DNA of 49,766 nucleotides from an uncultured Enterobacteriaceae bacterium (GTDB lineage Bacteria > Myxococcota_A > UBA796 > GCA-2862545): assembly GCA_964393165.1 (NCBI GenBank), contig CAYMSU010000002.1, forward strand, positions 1-49,766, written 5' to 3'. The notes beneath the pieces were generated by a model. That model saw nothing but the letters and a program-made list of their open reading frames with translations, had not been told where the DNA came from and did no database searches. Below are positions 16,089-27,945 of the stretch, piece by piece. A program made the position numbers and the translations under genes. Each line of letters opens with the position of its first letter. Position 1 is the stretch's first letter.

Positions 16089-17585
16089 CTACTCGGCGTC
16101 GGCCTCGCGGACGTGCAGGCGGACCCGCCACTCGGAGCCCTGCGCGCGGTCCATCACCGCAATGGAGCTCGCCTCGAGGCGGTCGCGGATGGCGTCGGCC
16201 CGGGCCCAGTCCTTGCTCGCCCGGGCCTCGGCGCGCTCGGCGAGGAGCGCGTCGACCTCGGAAGCCGTGAGCCCGAGCTTGGGGAGGCGTTTGTCCTTGA
16301 TCTCCTGGTGAAACGCCTCGGTGCTCATCGTGAGGAGGTTCAGGGTGTCGGGGAGCAGCGCGAAGGCGCCGAGGGCCTCCGCAGCCACGGGGCCTCCTCG
16401 CCGGGTGGCCTTCTTGTGGTTCGACATGCGGTTCACCGCGCGAGCGAGCTCGAAGGTGTGGCCCAGGGCCGCCGCGGTGTTGAAGTCGTCGTCGAGGCAG
16501 GCATAGAGGACCTGCTCGAAGCTCCGCGACAGCTCCAGGACCCGCATCGCGTCTACCCCTAGCGCCCTCGCGACGCTGTCCGGCTCCTCGTCGCCTCCCA
16601 TGGCCTCGGCGACCTCACGCGCCTCGTAGAGCCGTGCCAGCATGCCGAGTGCATCGGGCAGCGCGTTCTCGTCGAACGGGAGAGGGTGGCGGTAGTGGTT
16701 CTGGAGGTAGTAGAGCCGTAGCGCCTCCGCGGGGTAGTCCCCGAGCAGCTCGTGGATGTTCACCACGTTGCCGAGCGACTTCCCCATCTTCTGGCCGCTC
16801 TGCATCGTGAGCAGGCCGTTGTGCATCCAGTAGTTGGCGTAGCGTGCGCCGTGGGCGCACTCCGACTGAGCCACCTCGTTCTCGTGGTGTGGAAACACCA
16901 GATCCAGGCCGCCGCCGTGGATGTCGATCGTCTCGCCGAGCGTCTTCCACGCCATGGCGGAGCACTCGACGTGCCAGCCGGGCCGACCGGGGCCCCAGGG
17001 GCTCGGCCAGCACGGCTCTCCTGGCTTTGTGGCCTTCCACAGCGCGAAGTCGGCGCTGCTGCGCTTTCCGGCGCCCGCATCTTCGCTTCGGAGCTCGTCC
17101 ACCCGCTGCCCGGACAACCGCCCGTAGTCGGCGTGGCTGCCGACGTCGAACCAGACGGAGCCGGACGACTCGTACGCATGTCCTCGGTCGACCAGCCGCC
17201 CGATCAGCTCCACGATGCAGTCGATCGACGTGGTGACGCGCGGCTCCACGTCGGGCGGGGCGAGACCCAGGTCGGCCATGTCGCGGTGGAAGTGGTCGAT
17301 GTAGCGCTGGGCCAGCGCGAGCGCATCTTCACGGCACTCGACCGCGCGTCGGATGATCTTGTCGTCGACGTCGGTGAAGTTTCGCACGAACTTGACGGTC
17401 CAACCTCGGTGGCGCAGGAAGCGCACAAAGGTGTCGAACACCACCATCGCGCGGGCGTGTCCGATGTGGGCGTCGTCGTAGACGGTCATCCCGCACACGT
17501 ACAGGGTGATGTGGTCCTCGGCCTGGGGCACGAAGTCTTCCACGCTGCGCGTGCGCGTGTTGTAGAGGCGGAACGGCGCCGGCAT
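16089..17585 (-). CDS. cysS: cysteine--tRNA ligase
   Basis: 498 aa. LYVCGMTVYDDAHIGHARA (HIGH motif), KMGKSLGN (KMSKS motif), overall class I CysRS pattern. Confidence 0.95.
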   Translation of the reverse strand: MPAPFRLYNTRTRSVEDFVPQAEDHITLYVCGMTVYDDAHIGHARAMVVFDTFVRFLRHRGWTVKFVRNFTDVDDKIIRRAVECREDALALAQRYIDHFHRDMADLGLAPPDVEPRVTTSIDCIVELIGRLVDRGHAYESSGSVWFDVGSHADYGRLSGQRVDELRSEDAGAGKRSSADFALWKATKPGEPCWPSPWGPGRPGWHVECSAMAWKTLGETIDIHGGGLDLVFPHHENEVAQSECAHGARYANYWMHNGLLTMQSGQKMGKSLGNVVNIHELLGDYPAEALRLYYLQNHYRHPLPFDENALPDALGMLARLYEAREVAEAMGGDEEPDSVARALGVDAMRVLELSRSFEQVLYACLDDDFNTAAALGHTFELARAVNRMSNHKKATRRGGPVAAEALGAFALLPDTLNLLTMSTEAFHQEIKDKRLPKLGLTASEVDALLAERAEARASKDWARADAIRDRLEASSIAVMDRAQGSEWRVRLHVREADAE

Positions 17586-17606
17586 GAGGGCACTCCCGAG
17601 GTGCGG

Positions 17607-18092
17607 TCAGGCCTGGAAGATGGCCTCGATCTCGTCCTTGATGACCTGCTCGTCGACGTCGCGCGCGACCGCGACCTCCTGCACGATCAGGCTGTGCGCC
17701 TGGTCGTACATCTTCCGCTCCCCGAACGACAGCGTCTTCTCGGACTTGAGACGAGCGAGGTCGCGCAGCACGGCGGCCACCTCGAGTGGGTCACCCGTCT
17801 TGATCTTGTTCATGTACTCGCGGTAGCGGCGGTTCCAGGTCTGCTTGTCGGCCGGAGTGTCGCGGTCACGGAGGACCTCGTAGACCTTCTCGACCGCCTC
17901 CTGGGGAATGACCTCGCGAATGCCGTTCGCGCCCAGGTTGTCGACAGGAACCGAGTAGGTGAGCCCATTGTCGAGGATCTTGATGATGTACATCTCGTAG
18001 GATTGACCATCGACGTCGACGCTTGTGATGTCTTTGACAATGCCGACCCCGTGGCTGGGAACGACGGCTTTGTCCCCAACTTGGAACTGCAT
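17607..18092 (-). CDS. cdnL: CarD/CdnL family RNA-polymerase-binding transcription factor
   Basis: 161 aa. MQFQVGDKAVVPSHGVGIV ... TWNRRYREYMNKIKTGDPLEVAAVLRDL ... LSFGERKMYD closely follows the CdnL/CarD sequences I recall. GGAGG lies upstream of the ATG. Confidence 0.9.
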   Translation of the reverse strand: MQFQVGDKAVVPSHGVGIVKDITSVDVDGQSYEMYIIKILDNGLTYSVPVDNLGANGIREVIPQEAVEKVYEVLRDRDTPADKQTWNRRYREYMNKIKTGDPLEVAAVLRDLARLKSEKTLSFGERKMYDQAHSLIVQEVAVARDVDEQVIKDEIEAIFQA

Positions 18093-18193
18093 CTATGGCC
18101 TCCGAGGGCCCGCGTTCGGGGCGTAGTCGCCGTTGCCTAATGCACCTCCCGGCCCCGGGCAATCGGCGCTCTCGGAGGCATCGCGGGCCGCCG

Positions 18194-18239
18194 AGTGCGC
18201 TGTCGTCGAGTTGAAGGGGGCACAGCGCACTGCTACGAT
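18194..18239 (+). promoter_or_regulatory. 10-bp perfect inverted repeat overlapping a sigma70-like promoter (TTGAAG-N17-TACGAT)
   Basis: AGTGCGCTGT (18194-18203) and ACAGCGCACT (18222-18231) are reverse complements. TTGAAG at 18211-18216 and TACGAT at 18234-18239 have a 17-nt spacer. The element lies in the divergent cdnL / lipoprotein intergenic region. Confidence 0.3.
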
Positions 18240-18360
18240 GCGCCGTCACCGATGTCCGCCGGCGGAGCGTGACGAGGCCGGGATGGTCGCAGCCTTCTGC
18301 GGTATGTTCCGGCCGACCGAGCGCACGGGCGCCGGATTCCACAGTGCTTGGAGGCTACCC

Positions 18361-19464
18361 ATGGTCCGTTGGCTGACCGTCGCCCTACTCCTGCCCGGTT
18401 GCGAAGGGATCATTCCGGCGGCCGAGGAGGAGCCGACCTGTGAGCTCTCGCTCGACAACCTCGACGGACGGACCTTCGTGTCTGTCGAGGCCACGCCCAC
18501 TGGCGACCGGCTGAACCCCATCGCGCGGGTCAAGTTCGTCGAGAAAGAAGGTCAGACCCTGGCGAAGTACACGGTCGCGTCGCCGTCGGACGTCTACGAG
18601 CTGCCCTGTACGATCAAGGAGAAGGAGGAGCAGCGCACGCTGTTCTGCGCCGAGGAGGCGCGTCCGCAGGACTGGTGCCAGGCGCTGCTCGTCGCGGACG
18701 AGGTGTGCAGCAAGAAGGTCCTTCGGAAGTTCGGGGCCACGCAGACCGACGAGGAGCTGAACGAGGCCATCATCGAGGCCAAGAAGAACTGGCGGAAGTA
18801 CCGGGGCACCGAGTACGAGAAGCAGTTCATCCTGAACAACAACAACCTGGGGAACAAGCTCCAGGGCCGACTGTACGTCGACATCGACGACCGGCGCTGC
18901 CGCCTGTCCGTGGGCGATTACTACTGGACGATCTACAACGGCAGGGGCGTGGAAGACACGAACCCGGTGGGTCAGAACCCCTTCGCCGAGGTGAAGGACC
19001 AGGAGTACCGCTTCGAGCACTGCGCCATCGGGAACATCATCCCCGGTATCGAGACCGAGGAGCTGCCCGACGACCTGTCCGAGATCCCCTCGCGCGGCCG
19101 GAAGTACGCCACTGGAAAGGCCTACTGGTACCACTACCTCGGCGAGGAGGGGGTCAAGGCGAAGGACGGGTGCACCTACGCCTTCGACCTGTGGGCCAAC
19201 TTCAAGCGCGCCAAGACCAACGTGCCGGTCGAGCCCGAGAACGGCAAGCTCACCTGGAAGGTGCAGCACACCTTCAGTGAAGACGACCAGGTCGCGCTGT
19301 GGGGCGACAGCTCCAAGCCCCTCGGCGTGCTCACCATGGTTCGCTACGAGCAGTGCGAGGGGGAGGAGAAGGAGAAGATCGACGTGGTCTGCGAGGCCGG
19401 CCTGTTGGTCGACGAGATCGTCGTCGACGAGGAGGTTGGGGGCGGCGAGGACGGCGAGGAATAG
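18361..19464 (+). CDS. lipoprotein, unknown function, acidic C-terminal tail
   Basis: ATG at 18361 gives MVRWLTVALLLPGCEG (lipobox LPGC). The upstream part of the listed ORF is Arg/Ala-rich. K/N/Y/E-rich body. Ends in DEIVVDEEVGGGEDGEE. Confidence 0.7.
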   Translation: MVRWLTVALLLPGCEGIIPAAEEEPTCELSLDNLDGRTFVSVEATPTGDRLNPIARVKFVEKEGQTLAKYTVASPSDVYELPCTIKEKEEQRTLFCAEEARPQDWCQALLVADEVCSKKVLRKFGATQTDEELNEAIIEAKKNWRKYRGTEYEKQFILNNNNLGNKLQGRLYVDIDDRRCRLSVGDYYWTIYNGRGVEDTNPVGQNPFAEVKDQEYRFEHCAIGNIIPGIETEELPDDLSEIPSRGRKYATGKAYWYHYLGEEGVKAKDGCTYAFDLWANFKRAKTNVPVEPENGKLTWKVQHTFSEDDQVALWGDSSKPLGVLTMVRYEQCEGEEKEKIDVVCEAGLLVDEIVVDEEVGGGEDGEE

Positions 19465-19473
19465 CGGCCGCGG

Positions 19474-21174
19474 TCACTCCGGCGGCGCAGGGCACCCCGC
19501 GCCGCCTTGCTCGGTGTCGCAGAGAAAGGGCTCCTCCGGAGCAATCGAGACATAGGTGGATCCGCGGTCGTCCCTGCGGAGCGCGAGGTCGTGGGGCTCG
19601 TTGTCGGCCCACCCGACGTCGGCTCCGACCGTGAGGGACGTGTCGTCGCAGGCGTCCACCTCCAGCTGAATCGCTCCGCTGCCGCTGGCCGCGGAGTTCA
19701 GCACCAGCGAGAGCCCGCTGATGTGGGCCCTCCCTCCACGCAGGTGGAGGGCCGCGCCTCGTGGGGCCTCGTTGTCGCGCATCGAGCCGCCTCGCAGGCC
19801 GAGGAGCCCGCCGAGGCAGCTCGCGAAGATGCCGCCGGCCGCTCGGCCGGCCGAGTTCCCCTCGATTGTGACCGCGTCGAGATCGCTGGGGCGCGCCAGG
19901 TGCAGCCCGCCGCCGTCCGAGGCCGCGTAGTTGCCGGTCGCGGAGCCCCCCTGCCAGAAAGCCGCTTGCAGTGCTCGCAGGCCTCCCCCGGGACCTGCGA
20001 GCGCCTCGTTGTCGATCAGCCGGACCGCATCGAGCACCGCCGGTCCGGTGGCGAACACCCCGCCGCCACCCTGCTCGCTGTCGGCGACGTTGTCGGCGAT
20101 GTGCATGTCGGACAGCGTGAGGGAGATGCCGCCCGACACGCCCCCGCCGACGGCGGCGTCGTTCCCGCTGACGACGAGCCCGCTGACCTCGCCCGTGACC
20201 CACATACCGCCGCCTTGCAGCGCGCTGTTGCCCGAGACTCGGGAGTCAGTCCCGGTGATCGAGCCGTCGAGCCAGACCCCACCTCCGTGCGTGGCGGTGT
20301 TGCGGTGGATGTCTGCAGAGCGGAGGTGCGCGGTGCCATCGAGCCACAGGCCGCCGCCTTCGTCTGCGCGGTTGCCCGAGGCCTCCACCCCGACGAGGCG
20401 GACCGGGAGGTCGGGGGAGACCGCGAACACGCCGCCGCCGCGCTCGGCGTGGTTGTCGAGCAGCTGCGCGTCGTGGATCTCGAGCTCGCCTCGGGCGAGC
20501 CAGACGCCCGCCCCGTCGTCTGCCCGGTTGCCGCGCACGATGACCTCGCGTAGCGCCACCCTGCCCTCGGGGACGTCGATGGCGACACCGCCGCCGCGCG
20601 TGGCCACACCACCCGTGATGGTGATCCCGGAGACCGTGGTCGGCGCATGGATCTGCAGGACGGGCATGCCCGATACCGCTGGGCCGAGCAGGGTACGGTC
20701 GGGGCCGGCGCCTCTGAGGTCCACAGGACGGTCGATGACGACGTTCTCGTGGAGACTCGAGGCGCACACGCGGATCTCGCTACCCTCGGGCGCCTGGTGG
20801 ACGGCTTCCTGTAGCGTAGGCCAGGTCCCCCACAGGTTCCCTGCGGGGCCGTCGACTGTGGCCGGATCGCAGTCGTTGTCGCGGCTGTCGCAGGCGACCT
20901 CGCTCGCGTCGGGGTTCACTCCCGCGTCGGAGTCGTTGCAGTCGAGCGCGTTGTCGACCAGCCAGACGTTGCCCGGGCACCCGAGCTGCGTGACCGCGTC
21001 GCCAAAGCCATCCCGGTCGGCGTCGACGTGTAACGGAATCGGCCGCCCTTGAGACGGATCCGTGTCGTTGCAGTCCTCGCTGCGTAGCACGCCGTCCTGG
21101 TCGAAGTCCTCGAACATGCATGCGCCGATAAGAGGCAGCAGGAGGAGCGTGGAGCCGGTCAAGGTGTGTCTCAC
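19474..21174 (-). CDS. lipoprotein with MopE-type putative metal-binding Cys/Asp motifs and a parallel beta-helix made of polymorphic-membrane-protein-like GGG repeats
   Basis: GTG start. LLLLPLIGAC lipobox. CNDTDPS...DADRDGFGD...CNDSDAGVNPDASEVACDSRDNDCD. About 10 repeats of GGG[VLM]x (GGGVAIDV, GGGVFAVS, GGGLWLDG, GGGVWLDG, GGGMWVTG ...). Confidence 0.8.
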   Translation of the reverse strand: MRHTLTGSTLLLLPLIGACMFEDFDQDGVLRSEDCNDTDPSQGRPIPLHVDADRDGFGDAVTQLGCPGNVWLVDNALDCNDSDAGVNPDASEVACDSRDNDCDPATVDGPAGNLWGTWPTLQEAVHQAPEGSEIRVCASSLHENVVIDRPVDLRGAGPDRTLLGPAVSGMPVLQIHAPTTVSGITITGGVATRGGGVAIDVPEGRVALREVIVRGNRADDGAGVWLARGELEIHDAQLLDNHAERGGGVFAVSPDLPVRLVGVEASGNRADEGGGLWLDGTAHLRSADIHRNTATHGGGVWLDGSITGTDSRVSGNSALQGGGMWVTGEVSGLVVSGNDAAVGGGVSGGISLTLSDMHIADNVADSEQGGGGVFATGPAVLDAVRLIDNEALAGPGGGLRALQAAFWQGGSATGNYAASDGGGLHLARPSDLDAVTIEGNSAGRAAGGIFASCLGGLLGLRGGSMRDNEAPRGAALHLRGGRAHISGLSLVLNSAASGSGAIQLEVDACDDTSLTVGADVGWADNEPHDLALRRDDRGSTYVSIAPEEPFLCDTEQGGAGCPAPPE

Positions 21175-21264
21175 ATGGTGAGGGTAGCTCGGATTCTCGT
21201 CATTTGTGGTGTAAATCGCCGTCTCTGCCCACGAAGACCGTTGTCGTGGCCAGCTGGCGTGATT

Positions 21265-21288
21265 AATCTGGACTTGTCAGTCCAGATT
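21265..21288. promoter_or_regulatory. perfect palindrome AATCTGGAC-N6-GTCCAGATT just upstream of the sigma-factor gene (candidate operator or 5' UTR hairpin)
   Basis: Read directly: aatctggac (21265-21273), ttgtca, gtccagatt (21280-21288). It sits in a locally GC-poorer divergent intergenic region, 17 nt before the GTG at 21306. Confidence 0.4.
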
Positions 21289-21305
21289 TGCCCCAGGAGG
21301 GGATC

Positions 21306-22304
21306 GTGCACGGGAGCCCTGTCCCAAACATCAGTTTTCGTGAGCTCAACGCTGCGGAGGAGATCGATCTGGGCCGCCAGATCGTCGCCGCGGAGCGGCG
21401 GGTCCTGGACATCCTCGACGGCGTGGAGTGTGTCACCGACATCCTCTCTCGCGTCCCGTCGGGTCGCTACAAGACGCGAGCGGGCGTGGTCGAGAACCTC
21501 GAAGAGGCCGTCCACACGGCGTGGGAGGCGTCGCGCGACGACCCCGAGCTGCGCCGGAGGGTCCGCGAGGCCATGACCAGGTGGAACGAGGCCGAGTCGC
21601 TGCGCTGGAAGCTCGCGATGTCCCAGCAGCGGATCGCGTACCACGAGGCCCGGAAGCTCGCGAGTCGTATGATGGACCGCGCCGACCTCACGCAGGAGGG
21701 GTACGTCGGGCTGCTGCGGGCAGCCAAGCGCTTCGACCCCGAGCGGGGTCTGCGGTTCAGCACCTATGCGCGCTGGTGGGTCCGCGCCCAGATCACGAGG
21801 GCCATCGATCAGAACGGGCGAGTCGTCCGGTTGCCCGGGGCTGCGGTGGAGCAGCTGCGGAACCTCCGCAAGGCGCAGCGAGACCACGAACAGGACGGTG
21901 CGGACTGGACCGTCGCAGACATTGCCGAGCAGGCTGGGGTCGAGAAGGATCGGGCCGAGTTCTTGCTGTCTCGAGGAGAGGCGGTGTCCCTCGACGAGCC
22001 TGTCGACGACGATGGGTCGCGTTCGCGGCCGCTCGGTGGGCTCTTGGCCGACGATGCCGCGATCGACCCGCTTGACGACGCGATCGACCGGCAGGAGACC
22101 CTACGCGCGATGTCGGCAGTCGAGCACCTCGACGAGCGTCAGCGATTCGTGGTCACCTCCAGGTTCGGCCTCGACGGGGACCAGCCGAAGAGCCTGGCAG
22201 AGGTGGGGCGCCTGATGTCGCTGTCTCGCGAGCGGGTCCGCCAGCTGGAGAAGGAAGCGCTCCGAGTACTTCGTGAGGATGGTCGGATCCGAGAGTCGGC
22301 CTGA
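21306..22304 (+). CDS. RNA polymerase sigma factor, sigma-70 (RpoD-like) family
   Basis: Region 2: EGYVGLLRAAKRFDPERGLRFSTYARWWVRAQITRAI. Region 3: VRLPGAAVEQL. Region 4: SLAEVGRLMSLSRERVRQLEKEAL. GTG at 21306 is preceded by AGGAGG; the track start at 21288 is a TTG inside the palindrome. Confidence 0.85.
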   Translation: MHGSPVPNISFRELNAAEEIDLGRQIVAAERRVLDILDGVECVTDILSRVPSGRYKTRAGVVENLEEAVHTAWEASRDDPELRRRVREAMTRWNEAESLRWKLAMSQQRIAYHEARKLASRMMDRADLTQEGYVGLLRAAKRFDPERGLRFSTYARWWVRAQITRAIDQNGRVVRLPGAAVEQLRNLRKAQRDHEQDGADWTVADIAEQAGVEKDRAEFLLSRGEAVSLDEPVDDDGSRSRPLGGLLADDAAIDPLDDAIDRQETLRAMSAVEHLDERQRFVVTSRFGLDGDQPKSLAEVGRLMSLSRERVRQLEKEALRVLREDGRIRESA

Positions 22305-22311
22305 TCGCATA

Positions 22312-22328
22312 CTGGACGTGTGTTCAGT
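22312..22328 (+). promoter_or_regulatory. LexA (SOS) box, Myxococcus type
   Basis: CTGGACGTGTGTTCAGT matches 15 of 17 positions of the M. xanthus LexA operator consensus as I recall it (CTRHAMRYBYGTTCAGS). It is an imperfect palindrome CTGGAC-N4-GTTCAG, 20 nt upstream of the dnaE2 ATG. Confidence 0.6.
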
Positions 22329-22348
22329 TTCCCGGTTAGTGGGCCCGT

Positions 22349-25591
<3,243 letters not shown>

Positions 25592-25794
25592 GTGCGCTCT
25601 GGGCCCCCGCGCGTCGCACGACCGTGCGCCCTTCCGCGCGTAGCGTCTGCCCCGCCCTGCGAACCCCCCGTACCGCGGCGTCGCGGCTTAACGCCGGCGC
25701 CCCCGGTGCCACGAACTTCCGGAAGCGTATATAGTGCCCGGCACTGCGCTCCCTGCCCGAGGGAAGACTGATCGGCATCGGAGGTCCGTCCGTC

Positions 25795-27447
25795 ATGTTC
25801 ACCCGCCCTTCCATCGCCATCGCCTGTGCTCTCCTGGGAGCCTGTGCGGGTACGACCGAGGAGCTTCCGCAGTCCGATACGGCGAGGCCCAACGTCACCT
25901 TTCCGGGAATCCAGCCCCCGGAGGTCTTCGAGGAGTGGCCGTGCCCGCCTTTCGAGGGCTTCGAGACCACCCAGGAGGAGGTGGGCGACGATGACGGCGA
26001 CAACGTCACGGACTGCCAGGAGTCGGTTCTCGGGTCCGACCCGAACAACCCCGACACCGACGGTGACACGGTCGGCGACTTCTTCGAGCGGGGAGACATC
26101 CGCGCGAGCTGGGACGATGACGGAGACGGACAGATCGACGAGGGGCGCGGGCTCGACACCGACGATGACGGTGTCCTCGACATCCTCGACGATGACGACG
26201 ACGGAGACGGCATCCCTACCGCTGAAGAGGACAGCAAGGTCGACGACTTCGGGAACGGCAACGGCGACCCGCTCGACGACGACTTCGACGGCGACGGCAT
26301 CCGCAACTACGTCGACGACGACGATGACAACGATCTGGTGACCGGCTTCGCCGAGGACTTCCACGGGGGCGACGGCGACGGCGACCCCCGGAACGACGAC
26401 TTCGACGGCGATGGGATCCCCAACTACATCGACGACGACGACGACAACGACAGTGCCTCCGGCTGTGAGGACAGCGACCGCGACCGCGTCGTCGACGGCG
26501 CCAAGAACGAGAGCGACGGTACCTTCCGCGACGACCTCGACCAGGATGGATTGCTCGACTTCGTCGACGTCGACGACGATGGTGACGGCATCCTCACCGA
26601 GGACGAGGACGCGAACGGCGACGGGAACCCCTGCAACGACGATCTCGACGGCGATCGCTCGCCCGACTTCCTCGACCTCGACGAAGATGGTGACGACCTG
26701 CCGACCACTGCCGAGGATCGGAACCGTGACGGCGACGTCCGGAACGACGACAGCGACAGCGACGGCACGCCGGACTACCGAGACTCCGACGACGACGAGG
26801 ACGGGGTGCCGACCGAGGACGAGAATCCTGGGGACGGGGCGGCGAGCGCGCAGGACACCGACCGCGACCTGACTCCTGACTTCCTCGAGACAGACGACGA
26901 CAACGACGGCGTATTGACGGTCAACGAGTTCATGGCGGATGGCGACGGCAACCCGGCGGACACTGACGGAGACGGGACGCCGGACTACATCGACGCAGAT
27001 GACGACGGCGATGGCTGCCGGACTGACGACGAGCCGAACTCGGCGCTCGATGCAAACACGGTGCCGGGGACCTGCTCTCTCGCGACGGACCTGCAGGTGG
27101 TCGGCAAAGACGCCGGCTTCGACATCTTCGACGAGGACCGGGTGTGGGTGGCCCTTTACGATGGCGACAACGACCTCGTCGGTGTGTCCAGCGGGATCGC
27201 TGACGACATCGCCGTCGATGGAGAGGCCGTCTTCACGGTGACCTTCCCTCTGCTGGTGCTCGACGGGGAGACCTACTCCGTCGACGTGTTCGCTGACGAG
27301 GATGGCGACGGCTTGTGCCTGAAGGAGCAGGCGTGGCGCGTCGGGGGAATCGCCGTGACGGTCGATGGCCCCAAAGAGGGGCCGATCGAGGTCGACGTGC
27401 GCTTCGCGTCCGACGCCAACGCGGCGGCCTGCGGTACGTTCCCCTAG
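25795..27447 (+). CDS. lipoprotein with many thrombospondin type-3-like Ca-binding Asp-rich repeats
   Basis: MFTRPSIAIACALLGACAG (lipobox). More than 12 repeats of the DxDxDGxxDxxD type (DTDGDTVGD, DDDGDGQID, DTDDDGVLD, DFDGDGIRNYVDDDDDND, DFDGDGIPNYIDDDDDND ...). Non-repetitive C-terminal ~130 aa. Confidence 0.8.
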   Translation: MFTRPSIAIACALLGACAGTTEELPQSDTARPNVTFPGIQPPEVFEEWPCPPFEGFETTQEEVGDDDGDNVTDCQESVLGSDPNNPDTDGDTVGDFFERGDIRASWDDDGDGQIDEGRGLDTDDDGVLDILDDDDDGDGIPTAEEDSKVDDFGNGNGDPLDDDFDGDGIRNYVDDDDDNDLVTGFAEDFHGGDGDGDPRNDDFDGDGIPNYIDDDDDNDSASGCEDSDRDRVVDGAKNESDGTFRDDLDQDGLLDFVDVDDDGDGILTEDEDANGDGNPCNDDLDGDRSPDFLDLDEDGDDLPTTAEDRNRDGDVRNDDSDSDGTPDYRDSDDDEDGVPTEDENPGDGAASAQDTDRDLTPDFLETDDDNDGVLTVNEFMADGDGNPADTDGDGTPDYIDADDDGDGCRTDDEPNSALDANTVPGTCSLATDLQVVGKDAGFDIFDEDRVWVALYDGDNDLVGVSSGIADDIAVDGEAVFTVTFPLLVLDGETYSVDVFADEDGDGLCLKEQAWRVGGIAVTVDGPKEGPIEVDVRFASDANAAACGTFP

Positions 27448-27509
27448 CGCTTCCGGGGTCCCGCTCGGGCAGGGGGGCCAAGGTTGCGCCAGCACGCGTC
27501 CACTCTCAT

Positions 27510-27542
27510 GGCCGATTTCCACTGTGGAATCGGCCTTTTTTT
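27510..27542 (+). terminator. intrinsic (rho-independent) terminator
   Basis: GGCCGATTTCCAC/TGTGGAATCGGCC forms a stem of about 11 bp with one bulged T and a short loop, followed directly by TTTTTTT (27536-27542). It lies 63 nt after the stop of the 25795..27447 gene. Confidence 0.7.
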
Positions 27543-27571
27543 GGCTTCTGCGACCAGGGATCGGGTCTGCG

Positions 27572-27678
27572 TTGTCCATAGCTGGTGCGTCGACGGAACG
27601 ACCCTGTGGTCAGGCTTTGACTTGGGGGACGGGCGAGTTGTCCACAGAAGGACGGCCGGCAAGTGACGCTGATCCACA
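27572..27678 (+). promoter_or_regulatory. cluster of three same-orientation DnaA-box-like 9-mers
   Basis: TTGTCCATA (27572-27580), TTGTCCACA (27638-27646) and TGATCCACA (27670-27678). TTGTCCACA equals the high-GC (Streptomyces-type) DnaA box and is one mismatch from E. coli TTATCCACA. Located in the longest non-coding gap of the window. Confidence 0.3.
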
Positions 27679-27945
27679 GATAGGCAAGCTTGCTCGTGAT
27701 GGATCGCCTTGGTACTCCTGGGGTCGCCAGCATCGACTGGCCGGTCGCTGCGTCGATTCCCCAGCGCGGCGCGGCGATCCCCTCCGGACCGACAGCAGAG
27801 CGGTCCACGAGCTTCGCTCCCCTCCCCAATCCGGCGCTCGGACACGCCCCCTCGTGGCCCGGGCGCCGCCCCTTCATCCTCCGACGGCAGGTCGTGGGCG
27901 TCCGCCATTCCTCGACTTCGCGGGGCAGTGCGCTAGATCCGCCTC

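Noticed and set aside
19331-20203. 290-aa Arg-rich minus-strand ORF, and similar Arg/Pro/Gly-rich ORFs throughout the track
   Set aside because: These are alternative frames of real genes in GC-rich DNA. They have extreme Arg/Pro/Gly composition and no motifs.
25711-25735. Promoter upstream of the TSP3 lipoprotein gene (TTCCGGAA palindrome, TATATAGT)
   Set aside because: The -10-like element is plausible, but there is no acceptable -35 at 16-18 nt. Not enough to list as a feature.
27572-27678. Calling this the chromosomal replication origin (oriC)
   Set aside because: There are only three boxes, no obvious AT-rich unwinding element, and no dnaA/dnaN/gidA-type neighbours. It is kept only as a DnaA-box-like cluster of uncertain meaning.
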